DNA from: Auanema rhodensis
Taxonomy: Eukaryota > Animalia > Nematoda
Direction of reading: 5' to 3'
DNA length: 64,000 nt
NCBI GenBank assembly: GCA_964057225.1
Contig: OZ059899.1
Coordinates: 13,206,001-13,270,000, forward strand
The translations under genes were made by a program, and so were the position numbers. Under the pieces are notes generated by a model. That model was not told the origin of the DNA, ran no database searches, and saw only the letters and a list, made by a program, of their open reading frames with translations. This document shows positions 30,772-45,500 of this stretch, one piece after another (the stretch's first letter is position 1; each line of letters starts with the position of its first letter).

Positions 30772-30786
30772 TCGCGCCGCAACGCG
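30772..30786. promoter_or_regulatory. CpG-rich promoter word upstream of cdc-5L (TCGCGCC overlapping CCGCAACGCG)
   Basis: The same two words recur upstream of npp-7 at 63214-63237; TCGCGCC resembles the E2F/EFL-1 site. Confidence 0.5.
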
Positions 30787-33700
30787 TTGGCAATGGAGCA
30801 GTTTTTAACTATACACAGTAGTCGGTAGTCTATCCAATGGTATAATTCATTTTGGATAATGGCAGTAAGATGATTTCTTGATATAAGGGGAAAATATATT
30901 GTTTTTTTTTAATTGGCAAGGTTATCAAAGTAATCAGCTTTGGATGATTGTTGGACATCAGCAAAATCCCTGGTTATTAGATCAAATTCTCATTCAGGTA
31001 TGTGGATAATAAACCAAGTGTTATGTTTTTTTATGCTTCTTGAACATCATTTTCCGTTTGAAGCTTATTTCAAAACTAGTCGCATTGTGCTACTTTCGAA
31101 GTAGCGGCTACATGAAAGACTGGGCCATATCAGCTGCGTCTTTGAAGTGCCGCCAACCCTAATGACAAATGATTGTCTATTGATTCATACTCTTCACATT
31201 TTTGTCTCAAATCTTGCTTGCTCTCGTATTTTACACAGTTTAAGCATTTTTAACAGATTTTTTCTTCATATATGAAAAAAATATTTTCAATATTTTCCTC
31301 GAAAACTCGTCATCATTGATTTCGCGCGTTAATTTTCTAATTTCAAATTCAGTTGTTTCCACTTATGAAAACAAGACCTATCAATAATTTTCACGTTTAC
31401 CCATTTTCAACCACTTCTTGAGTTCATTTTGTTTTTTAAGAAATTGCATTAATCATTTATTCAGCTTTTTTGCGCAAAGTCATAGATTCTACACTCAACC
31501 CTATGATTTTCACACTTGCTTTCTCAGTTTTGCCAAAGTGAAGTTACTATGATATCGATTGAGCAGCAATTGTTAAGATATTTTGAACTTCTTACGTAGT
31601 TTTATAGCATAAGTTAGAAGAATGTAAAGTTTTGAGGTCTGGGAAAGATTAGAGGTATTGTTGGGGAGGATTCAATACGGGAGACGAAGAATAATCGTTA
31701 GTTTCTTAATGATGGGCACGTAACTAGGTCCATCTATCACTACGTTCTAGTGCTTTGGCCGTCCTTCCCTGAGCTCCCACTTTTCAGTTTTCTTTTGTTT
31801 TAACACTGCTTGTTTTTTCGTTCGAGTAATTCTGTTCTTTGTTTCTGATACTCAAAAACCTGGTTCAAATTCCGCTGCGGTCATTTTCTTGGACAAATAC
31901 AGGAGAATTTCGATGACACCGAGGATGTAATCAGGCAAACAGCAGAAGATCCTTCGAGTAAATATGTTTTATAAGAAGACATTTGGCTTGAAGCAGTGTG
32001 CTGCTGACAGAAGATGGTGTTGCGATGATTATCTACATTTTCTTTCTTCTTATCTCAAGTCTAAGAGCGAGAACATTAAGACTATTTGGCTCTCATACTT
32101 TATCCAGTTATAAGTCATTCTGTTTAGAGTGTAACATCATTTATTGCAGTTTTCCCTTAGCAATTGCACTGCTTCACATATTGCTTCACAATCTTTTCCA
32201 CCACTGTTCGAGATTTTCTCCAGTATTTTGTCTATTTTGGCTTTCCTTGTCTGCTTCTTATACTTGGCCCTTCCATCTGCTTGGCTCTTCATCTGTCTGT
32301 CATCTTTTGACGGAGCACTTCTTAATAATATGTCCTCATGGGCCTATTTGGCACATTTGTCGCTACTTGTGATTTGTTTGTCTCCATCAACTTTCTGATC
32401 TTTCGTTAACATTTGTTATTATATCATATTTATGATGTGTCCCAGTCAATATTGAGTAAGGAACCTATTTGAGATATTGAAACCTCATTAGTGCAATAGA
32501 GAAGATCTTATTCCTTTCGTTTGTTCTGATGCCATTAATACTTCCCGATTTTTTTACTAAGAAAATCTTGAAAATTTTCAGCTGTCTCGTTTTTCAAGCT
32601 ATCTGATTAATCCTGTGACATGCGTCCTGGTTGATCAGCTGGCTTCTCGAGTTTGAAATGTTTTGCTGTTCCTCTCACCTCGCCTTCTTGAACATTTTGG
32701 TCTGAGTTTCCTACATAATCAAACGGGAATATTCTCCCTGAAGAGGTTGAGAGGTCCACTTAACTATCAACGCCAATTGCTCACATCTCTTCCTTTAGTT
32801 CTTCAGATATACATTCATCATGACGTTGCAAACTCTTCCAGCTTTACCGTGTCCACTTTCTGTTTGTCTACTTTAATTTCTCGATTTTCATGATCTTCAT
32901 CAGCCTACTTTGTCCATTCACCTATTTCTTCCCGCCCGACTCCTGTCAAACGATAAATGCAGCTGTCGAAGTATTTGTCCAATTTCCTGCCTCCAAACCG
33001 GAGTCACGGCGTACCTCTACGTCTAACGACGTCTACAGAATTCTCCACCCTATCGTTTTCTCACTTTCCGTTGAATCCTGAACCGTTCTTCTCTGAAGAG
33101 AAATCTAGTGTCGCACGAACTCTTTTCCCATGTTCCTACTTCAAAGTAACCGTCCTGCGGCGGTTCCATTTGTCTTCTTATCTGTCGCCGATCGCCTACG
33201 GTTTGGTACATCTTCGGTTTGAAGAAAACAATCCTTCTCTTCAGCATTGCCTTCACCGCCACCACACTTACCCACGTTTTTCTCCTCGTTCATGTTTCTC
33301 CTTTCCTTCTCAATCTTCTTCTTTCCTTGCCCTTCTACACTGGCCAGCATGTCAAGCTCTATGTTTCACTAGTCCATGCCTTCTCTCACTTCTGCTGTTC
33401 TTGCCTTCTTTGTTATATTTTGTTTGGCGCCTTAGCAGATGGCCAATTCGCCGACGACTGTGCTGTCAATAATCTTAACACACTGCTTCCAAGATTCACC
33501 ATATGTCTACGAATTTATTTTGCTTCTTCACTATCCCTTCAGGACACACAAACCACTATAATTCTCTGAAACCTACTTTTTCTTGTGCAGTTTACTATTT
33601 ATTAATTGTTTTTAAGTACATTGTGTGATTATGTGATTATTCAGTCATTATAAAGTATATCTCATGGCCAATTTATGACCATACTCCTTATATGACGTTA

Positions 33701-34250
33701 AAAGTCGGCTTCATCAGAAGGATTCATGAGAATGATACTTACTGATAAGACTTAATTTGTGATTCTATGGCCCTTTTTCACACAAAACTCTGCCTTTTAC
33801 CTGTTTTTGTCGGTTTTTCAAAAATTTGGATTTCTTTGTTTTATGTCTTCGAAATCATCAAAATTTTCTTTCTGTTACCATCCATAAGTTGTAGTGATTA
33901 ATTCCAGTTTCTTTGATTCTGCCGCTTTTCGAGCTTTATACTTTTCACCTCATCGTTTTTCTCGAATAGTTTACACAATGTAGTGTCACTCTCGTCTTCA
34001 ACGCAGATAAACATCTTTTTTTTAACCAAAAATCTTTTTTCATTTTCTTTCCCTCTTTTTTTTTGTATTACTATATTTCGAGGAATTGTATAATTGTTTT
34101 CTAAGTTTATCTTTCGTCTTTTTCCTATGAATGTGTTTTTATCATTCTTATATCTATCTATTTCTCTATATATAACACTTCCGGCGAATATTATTAATGC
34201 TTTCTTCTGTGTTTTTTCATAATTTTATTTTAATTATTGTAATAATTTAG

Positions 34251-36178
34251 ATGAATTCCCCGTTCTCGACACTGGACTCAGTGTTGCGGGATGCTGAAGC
34301 TTTGAATATTTTCAAACAATGGATACAAACTGTATTTTTATTATTATTTCTTCATTAGCTATTTATTTTCTTTAAAGGATCCTTTACGAACAGTTGATGC
34401 TGTCGATTTACATTTTGCTATCAAAGGATTCAAAGAAATGCTTCAAGCTGGAAATTCTTCTGCTGCCAGTGTTGCCTCTCAAGTTCATCGAAGGTTTATA
34501 AGGTTCGCAGCAAAATTGTTTTAAGCTTTCATATTATTTATTTGAATTTAGTCTCAGGTCAGGAGGATGTAGTTTTCTTCCTGTTGATGTTAGGAGAGAA
34601 ATGTCGAATCGTATCCATGCTCTTTCTCGTGTCCCTCTTACCGCGAATATTTTCGATCCTGTTGCTGCTCCCTTAAAAAATGTTTTGCACACATGGTACT
34701 CCCACTTCGCCTGTTCTGAACCTTTCCACAAAGTTAGTTATTTCTATTTTTTATAGTCTTATTTATTTTTTTAGCTGGTAGCAAATCGAACGCAAGAGTG
34801 TCTTGAGACAGGATATACGGAATTAGTGTTACCCGATGCTAATTTTAACACTTTAGCTCTTCCTGGTAAAAAAAGTTCACGGAAGTAAGTGGAGATTAGA
34901 GTTGTTTGTAGTTATCGGCGTTATTTATAGACCAAGTTACTTGTCGGTGCCTTCGACAAGCAAGCATTCGGATGGACTTCCAGTACCTACATTTAGTGCG
35001 AAGTATGAAAAAAGTTTTAAGGTAAGTAAAAAAAACAAATCTATTTATTAGTTAAAACTATTTTTAGAATTCCGAGAATTGTGTTCTTCATGATAAACCT
35101 GAAGAAAGAGAACAATTCGCTGCTCTTCTTACTGATGAACTTCAAAAAATTGTGAAACAGTTAGCAAATGCGGGTGATGATGTATATGCCAGGTACACAA
35201 CTTGTTAAAGAGTTCCACCATTTTCTATTCTTATTTCAGAGATCTTCCAAGAAGTTCAGGAAATAGAGATAAAACGAAAATACATATAAATGATGAACAA
35301 AGTCTAACAATAAGTGATGAAGAAGTTGATAAATACATAGGCAAAATTGATAGTCAACGTGAGCGTTCAAGTTCTGAAGAAGGAACCTCGTTACGAGTTA
35401 GTGGTCCAACCAATCCATATGGGGAAAATGGATTTGCCCCACCTCCTTATGATTTTAATGTTCAAATACCATCATTTCTAACTAACAAAAAGAGGTGTGT
35501 TTCTTATCGATTTTTAACCTACAATTCGATAATATTCAGAAATTCGAATATTCCTGATTCTTCCGGGTTTTGTAGCTCCGAAAGCGCTTACTTCTCGGAC
35601 CCCAGTTATGGGAATCATCGATCTGGTAAATTTGATTTTTTATCGTAATGTGTCATCATCTCTATTGTTCTAGTTCTTAATCATAGTCTACGTTCTACTC
35701 CTCCTTGCAATCCTGCTCATTATTCAGTTCAAACTTTACGACGCCCTAACCACCTGCTGTCTTCTAAAGGACATCAAGCACCTTTCAGTCATTTCGCAAC
35801 TCTACCGTAAGTTCACATCATATAACATTTCGACTTTTTCTTTTAAAGGAGGTATTCCGTTGATACGCCAAAGATGAAATGCACTTTATGGAAAGAAGGT
35901 GAAGAAGCCCCATACGTTGCAAACGTAGACAGTAGTTCCATTACCCTGGCAGATTTCAGAAGGGTCTTTGGTATTTCTCGTCGTGAGAACAGTAGGTATG
36001 CTAAGGATGCTTGCATTTCTTTTCTCATATTAATTTTCCCAGGCTTTATTTCAAGAGCACTTGTGAAGATGCTTCTGCACCATATCAATGGAGTTTGATC
36101 TCAGACGATTCTATGGTTCTTCCTAGGTTTGAAGGAAAAATAACGGCTGAAAGCCGAAAATATGTGGATTCGGATTAA
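34251..36178 (+). CDS. pry-1: Axin-like Wnt pathway scaffold (RGS and DIX domains); multi-exon
   Basis: N-terminal RGS STLDSVLRDAEALNIFKQWI...DLHFAIKGFK; GSK3-binding-like helix EEREQFAALLTDELQKIV; C-terminal DIX PYVANVDSSSITLADFRRVFG...LYFKSTCED...LISDDSMVLPRFEGKITAE; TAA 36176-36178. A longer N-terminus is possible (see findings). Confidence 0.88.
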
Positions 36179-36575
36179 GCCTTAATATAAACGCGATTGT
36201 GTCAAAAATGGTTAAGTATGTCGCATCTGTCGATTCTCTTATTTTTATTATGCACATTTTAACTATTAATATGTCCTCCCAAGAGCTCTAAACAAGATTT
36301 CAATCTATGTACATTATTGTAGTTTACGTTCTTTAATAACTATATTTTTGATTGAAAAATAATTTGCTTACTATATGTGATGAGAATATGTATTCTTTTA
36401 ATTCTAGTCGTTTTAAAATGATTGATTGTTCATTTAAATTACTATACTGCAGGGTTGTTTCACTTATGCGTGTAATAAATAATAATAAATTAAGAAAAAA
36501 TTATTTATTATTAAATATTATTGAACATCCTGAGTTCTTTGCACCAAAAAACGGTGAAAATATATACAATTGAAT

Positions 36576-39500
36576 TTAAACAAATGAAAGCCAGCCGGCA
36601 AACAGTTTCGAGAGATTATCCATATTCGTAGCTTCAGCCATTAACCGTTGAATCTATATTTCACTTTTAGCTCTATAGCATTTTTCAAACTTACTTGAAT
36701 GTATGAACTTACAGGAGAAACAGAACTGTCTGTACCATCCAACTTATCTTTTAAACGTTTGACAGCTGTGGCTGAAACAAAAGAAGGCCTACTGCCATCA
36801 GATGAGTCGCGGAAATTTGACATAGTTTCTCTTAAGAATACTGAAGCAACACCTAGTATAACCTATGACACAAAATAAAAATATTAATAATGTAATATAC
36901 TGTATTAATACTTCTTTATGTTTTCTAATTTTTTCCATAGTAAACGTCGCCCTATTCAGAAGATTACCACTAGTATTTTGAATTAAAATTGGGTCTAAGA
37001 TATCTCTGGTCATACGGAAAGGAACCCTTTCGGGTATATGCAAAACTCTTCTTCCAAATTCAAGAATCATTCCTAAACCAAACAATTAGACAAAAATGTC
37101 CAATTCATGCAAACCCAAGTCAATATGAACAAGATTGCACGATCTATCATCGAATAAAACATTACTGGCATGACGATCACCTAAGCCAATCACATAGCAA
37201 ACTGGAAAATATTGCATATTAACAGATAAATAAATGAAATATTTCAACCAATGCTCCATTCTGCTAAACTTTGGGTATAATTTTCGATCATGCGTTTCCA
37301 TTCTTTCGTAGTTGTGAACTTTTGGTAAAAGTGATGACTAAATATATTTTAAAGACATATTAGGAACATTTTTTCTTACCGAAACACCGGAGTTACTGAT
37401 CTGAGTATACTTCGGTATTCATCAGTAGTCGGGTGTCGTCTTTCTGATTTCGCAGCATCCAGAAGTTGCATTCTAGCAGAGAGAAGGCTTTCTTCAGGAT
37501 ATATTTCGTTGTGCAAACCAGTTTTAAGGTTAGGGCCGACCAAAATTTCTTCTGTAAAAAAGATGATTATAATTGTTGTTAGGCATTCTTGAATTCTAAT
37601 ACTTAAAACGGAATGCAAAAGATCTGAACGACAATTAGCAAAAAAAACTGGAATGTTTAAAAACTTAAATAGATTTATAAGCTATATTTATTATTGAGTT
37701 CACATTTGAAAAACTTACTCAAAGAGCGAGTTCCAGCACAAAATTCAATAATACCACATTGACTGTCCAGTGGTATTACCTTGTAAGTTCTCAACGGCTG
37801 TCGTGTACCAATTAGGACGTTAACAACTTCAAATAGGTGCTCAACAAGTGAGTCTTGACGCACATCTTCGCCTTTCTATGAAATAAAAACTATTTTATAT
37901 AGTTATTAGAAAAATTATACCTTCCACACCATTTTGTACCAATTATTGTCACTTCCTTTAACACGCAATATCTTTGGGGCCGATAAGCCATCTGCTTTGT
38001 CGATCACAGGATTTATTTCTAACCATTTGATGAAGTTGTTAGTAGAATAATCACCAGCACGTCCTACCTTAAATTTAAATTTTATATTTTTAAAAATCAT
38101 GCATGAATAATACCGGTTGTAAAAGAGTAGGAAGTGGGAGCTTAGTTAATGTTTCCAAGTCTTTCAAAAGGGCCACTTTGGGATCTAATCGAAATTGCAC
38201 TAAAACATTAAACATAATAGTATAAAATTATATGCATTCTGCTACCTTTTCCATTCTGTGAAGGTAAAGGTAGAAAATGTTCCGAGTCAGTCATTTTCAA
38301 CCAATTGAATATCCGATACACATTATGAGCATGAGATATATCCTTAATTACAGATCTAAGTTGTACGGGATTTTTAGCTTTTTTCTCAGCCAGAGCTAAC
38401 ATTTTTCGAACTGTTTCAGCATGTTTTGAAAGTTTCTAAAATGTCTATAAGTTATGAAAAATTATCACCAAAAACCTCGGCATCATACTTATAGGCAAGT
38501 ACGGTATGCAGAACATGATATGGATAAGCAACAATTAAACTCACAGTAATCTAAAAAGAAAGAAAGCTTAAAATAAATAAATAATAGCTTACGTCCTGAA
38601 TTACTGTAGAAAGAGGATCTTCCTTGAAACAATGCGAAATTATATGAGCCAAAGCTGGTAACCACACAAAGGGTGAAAAATTTACAACATACTTCTAGAA
38701 AAGGAATGAAAAGAAAATTAAAAAAAAAACCACAAACTCTCAGACAATCAACCACTTCTCTTAAGTTTTCATATCTGAATATGATATCCAAAAGAGGGAA
38801 CAAAATTTCAATAATTTCGCTGCTATCCTCCAAATAACCTTCAGGATCAGGAGGAGAAACTGATTCTGAAAAAGATCATTAAACATTGAAGACTCAAAAA
38901 TAAATACTTAGCAGATTCAACCCTGAAGCTATGGTTAGAGCTACAGTTTGCTTAAGCGAAATGTCAAGTCGGAACAACTCTTCTTCTTCACATTTCAACT
39001 CTTTCTGAACTATAATCCGCTGTTTTTTGTCCAATTGAGAACTTAACAAATGATAAAAATATAAAATTTGACCATCATCTCCCATCTCCTACCTAGACGA
39101 ATCTAGCTGACGCTTCCATTCTTCTACGGCTTGCCGGCGTAGTTGAGTAGCCGAAGACTCCATTAACCCTTCCAAATCAAAAAGTTTTCGAACTGATAAC
39201 TTGTAAAGTTGCCTATATGCTGTAGCATAAGAAGAAGGTTTTGACCCCGAAGGAATAGAATCAACAAGCTAAACATCAGCTTAATAATATAAGAAAATAA
39301 GCTCACAACCTCTTTCATCACTTTGATTCCTTGGTCCAAATTCTTCTGGTTTTCAGCGAAAATATTCGATAACAGACACATGACTTCCACTGCCACAGTT
39401 GTTGACAGAGTGTCTCTATAACAAGATGTTATACTTAGGATAAAGTTCATTATCTTTCGGTAAGCATACTTAGCCATTTCTGTTAGCTTGTATTGAGCAA

Positions 39501-42500
39501 TGTAGAAATCACCCATCGCCACTTGTACCTTACATTGCTCAACCAAAATTTGATGAGAACGTATGTCACTTGGAAAAATTTTCAACCAATTAGACAAAAT
39601 TGAAAGTCCAGCCTGTAGAGGAATTACATAATCTGATACTACACGTTTTCCTAACTGAATGTGCTTGCAATTCAATGAATTTGCGAACAATTTCCAAAAC
39701 CATTCGATGTTCCATTTGTATGTACATCATTCTGTCTTCAGTAGATGAAGATGAGACACAGTAAAAACCAAATACGACAGCCAAGCATTGTTGCTCCACT
39801 GTGCACTAAATAATAATTAGAAAAAAAATAAAACTATAACAAACCTGATCAGAAAAAATGAATTCATACTGTTGTGTTAAAAGAAAGAAATCCATCAACT
39901 GCTTGCATATTTTAATATCAATAATATTTGACTGCATGAGATCAGAGACCAATAATTCTCTAAAAAATTTTGTTTACTAAAATAGGATGTGTTTTAATAA
40001 TTACGTGATATGTGGAAACAAATCATGCCCGAGACCGCGAAGAGTTAATACTGAGTATATCCTTTTCCAATGTGAAGTCAACCTATTAAAAATAGAGATT
40101 TCAAAGCAAAACAAATGATAAACCCACGTCTTTGGATAGCTTGTTTCAGTTACATTTTGATGTAGCAAAGCGTTTAAATATGTCACATCACTGTTTGGAG
40201 GGGCAGATTCAGCTCCGCTAAAAAGGAAAAAAAATAAAAAAACAACTTTTAGGTGAATGAGAAAAATCTTAAATTTAATTGTAAGATAAACATACCAGAA
40301 CCATTTGGCGAATACAACCTCTTCCGCTGTAGATAAGTTATCTGAAGCAACTCTCAGCCACCTACAAGAATCTTTCATACGCATTTGCTGCACACGAGGA
40401 TCATTCTAAAAAAAACTAAAGAGTGTTATATTGAAAAAATCTGGTAATACTTGTGCCCATCCTGGCAATGAATCCATAGCTGGCACGTTCCCTGTTGCAA
40501 TATATATTTCCAGAAGTAATTTGTACAGATTTTGATAGTCAATTGTTCGCATTTCTAAGGCAACCAGTGATCTTTCCTTTCCCAAATGTCTAAAATAGAA
40601 TAAGATAATGGTTAACTTTCGTTCGCACCTATCAAAAGCCAGATTAGCCAGAACATAGGCATGATCGTAAAATCCAGCAGAACAAGCAAGATTTCCCATT
40701 TTAACGAAGTCGTCAGCAGGATTTTGCACAGATTCCATAATGTCGATTCCTATGCAATCTAGGCACTCACATAGGGTTCTTATAAGTCTAAGTAATTCTT
40801 CATCAGGTTTATCTATAGGATACGTTTTGTTGAACTTTTACAAAAATTCTATCCTACCAAACACTTCCAACCTAGAAGAAAATTTCAGAAGTAAACTAGC
40901 ATATGCTTGTCTACTTTCGCGGCTTGGAGACCCACACATAACTGGACATAACAGAGAAGCCAAAGGTTTCTTTAGAAACATTATTTTTTCAAAAGTAAAA
41001 GTATTGTACCATGTAGGGTAGATATTTCTCACATAATCCGATAACAGGCTCCATTGGAGAACTTTTCCAAGCTTTATCCGATATTTCAAGAATTGCTTTA
41101 GAAAAATCCATGATTACACCTGTAGATCTTGTAGTCACTGAAGGAACTTTAATCTAAATCAACAAAAATAAAAAAAACAATTCAGAAAGTGAATGTACTT
41201 CTCTCTTGAGTCGGGAGAGAAAATGTTTTAAGCCAATGGATTCGCAAGACAATACTGATATTGCAAAAGCCACCCATTCAGTTTCATATCTTCTAAAACA
41301 TGAGGAAATTAGCTACTTAACTTAATGTGATCTTACTCCGGATCGAGTAAAACTATTTCACAGATAAAACGCAGTAAATAAACGAAAGATTTTGTAGGAG
41401 ATTTACTAAGATATTCTATTCTCATTAGTTGATTTTTAGAGTTTCCAAAGACGTAAAGAATTGGGGCGATAAACTTCCTGATAGAAGGAGCGATTTCCCA
41501 GAGAGTCAGAATGGCATTTATTTTTTCGCTAACTGAACACTAAAAATAAATCTCATAGTAAAAGTTAACTACACCTGAATTCTGAACAAAATTATTGGAC
41601 ATATAATCATTTCTCATTTCTTCATGCAAACATTTCCAGAATGTGCAAGTTAAAAAAAGACAAGTATGCTAAATAAAAGTGATATGGCTATTTGACTTAT
41701 AATTCAAACCTTGTGCTGGTTTTGTGATAAAAATAATTTGACTTCTTTTTTGCACAAAGAATTTAAACTTTCTTTATGAGAGGAGAAAAACGAAAATTGA
41801 GGATGATCTTCATCTATCAGATCTGAACAAAGCAGAAGAGTGAGGCTATTCTCATTCTCAAACAGTTGCTTATCAACAACCAACACGCCTTTCAAAATTT
41901 CAAGAAGATCGGTATTCTGCCTGAATTCATAAATATTTAATCTTAGCCATCTAATTTTTGTTCTAATACTTTGAAACTGCACTTTTAACCAAAGATACAA
42001 TGATAGACCGCGTAGTGGCTTGGAATGCAACTTTCGATAGAGATGAAAGAGTTATTTTGTAGAAGTTCATTGTCAAAGCTTCGAGTAAGACTATCAAACG
42101 CTTTTCCATATTCAACTTCATATGCAACACAGCCTAAACCAAAGCAGTTATAATATGTTTTGAAAGCAGGCATACTGTTTTCTTTAGGCTAATTATCATT
42201 TCCTGAGGGTAATCATCAAAACAGTTCCAAAATAGCGGCATTACTGATGCCCAACTCCTTATAATAAGATGTGATGAAAAAAGATAGTATCATTCTTACT
42301 TGAAATGCAACTGCAAGGCTTGAGGGAAACATGTAATGTCCATATTATCTTTTTTCTTTACTACGGCATTTGATGCAAAAGAAATATAACGGCTAAAAAG
42401 AAATTAAATTCAAAATTAATCTGAAATTAACTTACGAATGGAAAAAATTTTCGCGGGGCAATACGATCCCCAAATTTGCTAAGGAAAACGCATAAAAATT

Positions 42501-45500
42501 AAAAACATCTTCAAATGAAGACATATACTCCATCATCATCTACAAAATAGTATTAGATATATAAAATGCAAAGGCAAACCTGTGTTAATTCCGCACTTTT
42601 TATAATTATTGTTAGAATGTCCATATGATCTGCCCATGCATAACCATTTCGTAGAATATACCAAACCATTTTACGAAGTAATAGACAAGAATTAATAGTA
42701 ACGTCTATCAGAACCCTTGAACATGTTTGGGGTATATCACAGCTATCTATGTTCACAATAATATCTTTAGCTATAGATTTTTTTTGAAAATCATCCACTT
42801 CTAAAACTTCGAATACCTTTGGCCACTGTAAAATTATAAAGATTTAAAACCAATTCAATTACTTTCAATACCCTGCTAATAATTCCAAGCTGAACAAGCT
42901 CTAATCTAGACAGTTCTATCATATTATCAGATTGGGAGTTGCTCGCTTTATCTTCTAAATAAATGGCTCTGAAGTCATGTATAACATTAAGCGTATAACG
43001 AGAGTCAAACATACAGAGCACGGTTAAACAGAATATTCCGGGTTCTTTCAGATATATAATGACCATATTTCGAGATTATCAAAAGAATATCTGGCAGAAA
43101 ATCAACCTGAGAGCTGAACTTTTCTAAACGGTTCATTAAGCCGAAGAAAAAGGATGAAGACTCTATTTTAAAATCAGTTAATACAACTTCGTTAAGTATT
43201 GATACCTAAATTCAAGGTTTAAAATCCTTATTATGTTTTATTTACCAAAAAAGATGGTGGAACATGAGACACATCCAAGCTGAACGTCGCGAAAAGGGTC
43301 GGCTGCTCTGCGGCTCTTTTCTTCACCTCCGCAAGAACTTCACGAGATATGTGAACGATACCATAGTAGGGTTTCAACATCATCAAATCACTCGTAGATT
43401 CATTCAGACAAGCATCATAGAGCCATTCATTAATACTCTGAATTTCAGCTAATAGGTAAAAGTTTGAAAGAGGAATCTTTACTTGAACTAAGGCCCCACA
43501 TAAAGAGAAACTCGATGGTTCCCGAAAGCCAATCTCCGTTACAAAATGAATAATTGTATTCCAAAGCATTGGACGGATCTCATTTTCACCTAAATAAAGG
43601 TCATTTTCATATTATATTATAAAAATAGCTCACAATTGCACCATTTATCTTGAAGTATATTGATTATGTATTCCAAAACATCTACGATAAATGGATTAGG
43701 AATCAGCTTCTTTTCAAGTTTGGGTTTTGTTTCAGGAATAGCTAACTTATCCAAATCAGTTATCAATCCTTCCTCTTCAGAGAAACAATTAGCTTATAAA
43801 GGAAAACCAACAAGAAAACCTTGACTTATAGTTCTTAAAGTGACAAATGAATTTGATTGGGAAACCACTTCGGGATGCATGGAGCTGAGAAGTATCAGCT
43901 CAGAAGCAATATTTGACGAAAATTTTTTGATAAGCCATTCGCTTAAATGACAACGAAGTCTGAAAAATTGAAAGAAACACATGATGGATAAGGTAACATA
44001 TATCAAATATTAACCTCCAGCTTGATATGCCGGTACTCATATCAATTGCTCCAGAAAATGAAGATATTTCATCAAAATCCACTGTGACAAGAAATGTAGA
44101 CAGAAGATCCAAAGTTGCTGTACTTGCAGTTTTCGCAAGAACCCCAAAAATATTTGTACTTAAAGTTTCGGTAGAGCCAAGAAGCTAAAATGAAATAATT
44201 ACTTTGATCTTATATGTTATATTTACCGCTACAAAGTGTTTGAGTAAAGAGCTCATCAATTCCATTGAATTGTCCAATGCATCATTTACATTAGAACAAG
44301 ATAGAGCGTACAGCCATATGTTTTTTACTCGTACTCGAGGATCCTTAAAGCAATAACAACATACATCAGATGCTTTCAAATCAAACCTCCATCGGATTAG
44401 AATTGGTTAAAGATTCACTTTTCACTTCCTGATAGTCTCCAAATGCACCTGCATCAACCAATTGCTTCAAAACCATACAATGATTCGATTTGTTAGCATC
44501 ACTACAATATTTGGTTAAATTAAATTAACACTTTGGAAAGCACCTGCAGAACGTTTTCATGTTCCAAACTTCAATCGCAAACTTCTTAAGAGCATGACTA
44601 CTAAAATACCTCTTAAAGTTAACAGTAATCTCACTTAAAATGCGAAAACAGTTCGCAAGTAGTGCTGACGAATTGGAAGCCTTGTTTTTGTCATCAACGG
44701 TAAGATCACCGTGTGTAATCAACTTAAAGATAAAAGTATTATTTTAAGGATAATACTGGCAACCTCAATTGGTGATGAAATTCTAGATCGTTTTTGGAAA
44801 TATTGGCTACTTTGGGTATCAAGAACGGTAGTGCTCATTTCATCACGAAAACTAGGATTCAATTCGTCTAGTACAAGACACCTTGCAATGGTTTTTACTT
44901 GTATTTCAGATAAATTGAAAGTGCTCCTATGCGAGCATATGCGAGCTAACATTCTACAAACAAAAACTTCAAAATTGTATAGATCAAACAGTCTTACTTC
45001 AAATTCTGATTATATATAACTCTACAGCATGACAGTAATGAAGAGTCACAAATTGAAGTATGATTGACATCAGGTAGGGCCAAGCATAAAAATAAATTCG
45101 TGAAATTCCAGAGAGGTTTCTGAAACAAATCTATAAATCTAAGAAGTATGATGCTTCACAAACTGACAATTCCTGCAGAATCAGCTTCATCTATAGTTAG
45201 TCTTGAAGAACAAGAAAACTCATTCAAAATAGGTGTTAACTTTTGAATCAGAGGCTCACGAATTTCTAAGCCCCATACATTAATAATAGTCGTTAGGAAT
45301 TCAATCAAAGAAGCAGCAAGCAATCGACTATCACTAAAAAGAAAAAATATGAAGAACAATTATAACCGCAAACCTCATTCTCTTATATATTTTTGATTTA
45401 AACATGCTTTCTAGAGCAAACGAAATGCATTTTCTCCAGTTGATTGATAAAGTTGTTTTACTCAAAGTTCGAGCCATCCAATCACCCAATTTAAAATATT

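Noticed and set aside
39590-39799. Apparent frameshifts between overlapping ORFs in atm-1 (and in cdc-5L near 27916-28215)
   Set aside because: Resolved by short canonical GT-AG introns; not pseudogenes
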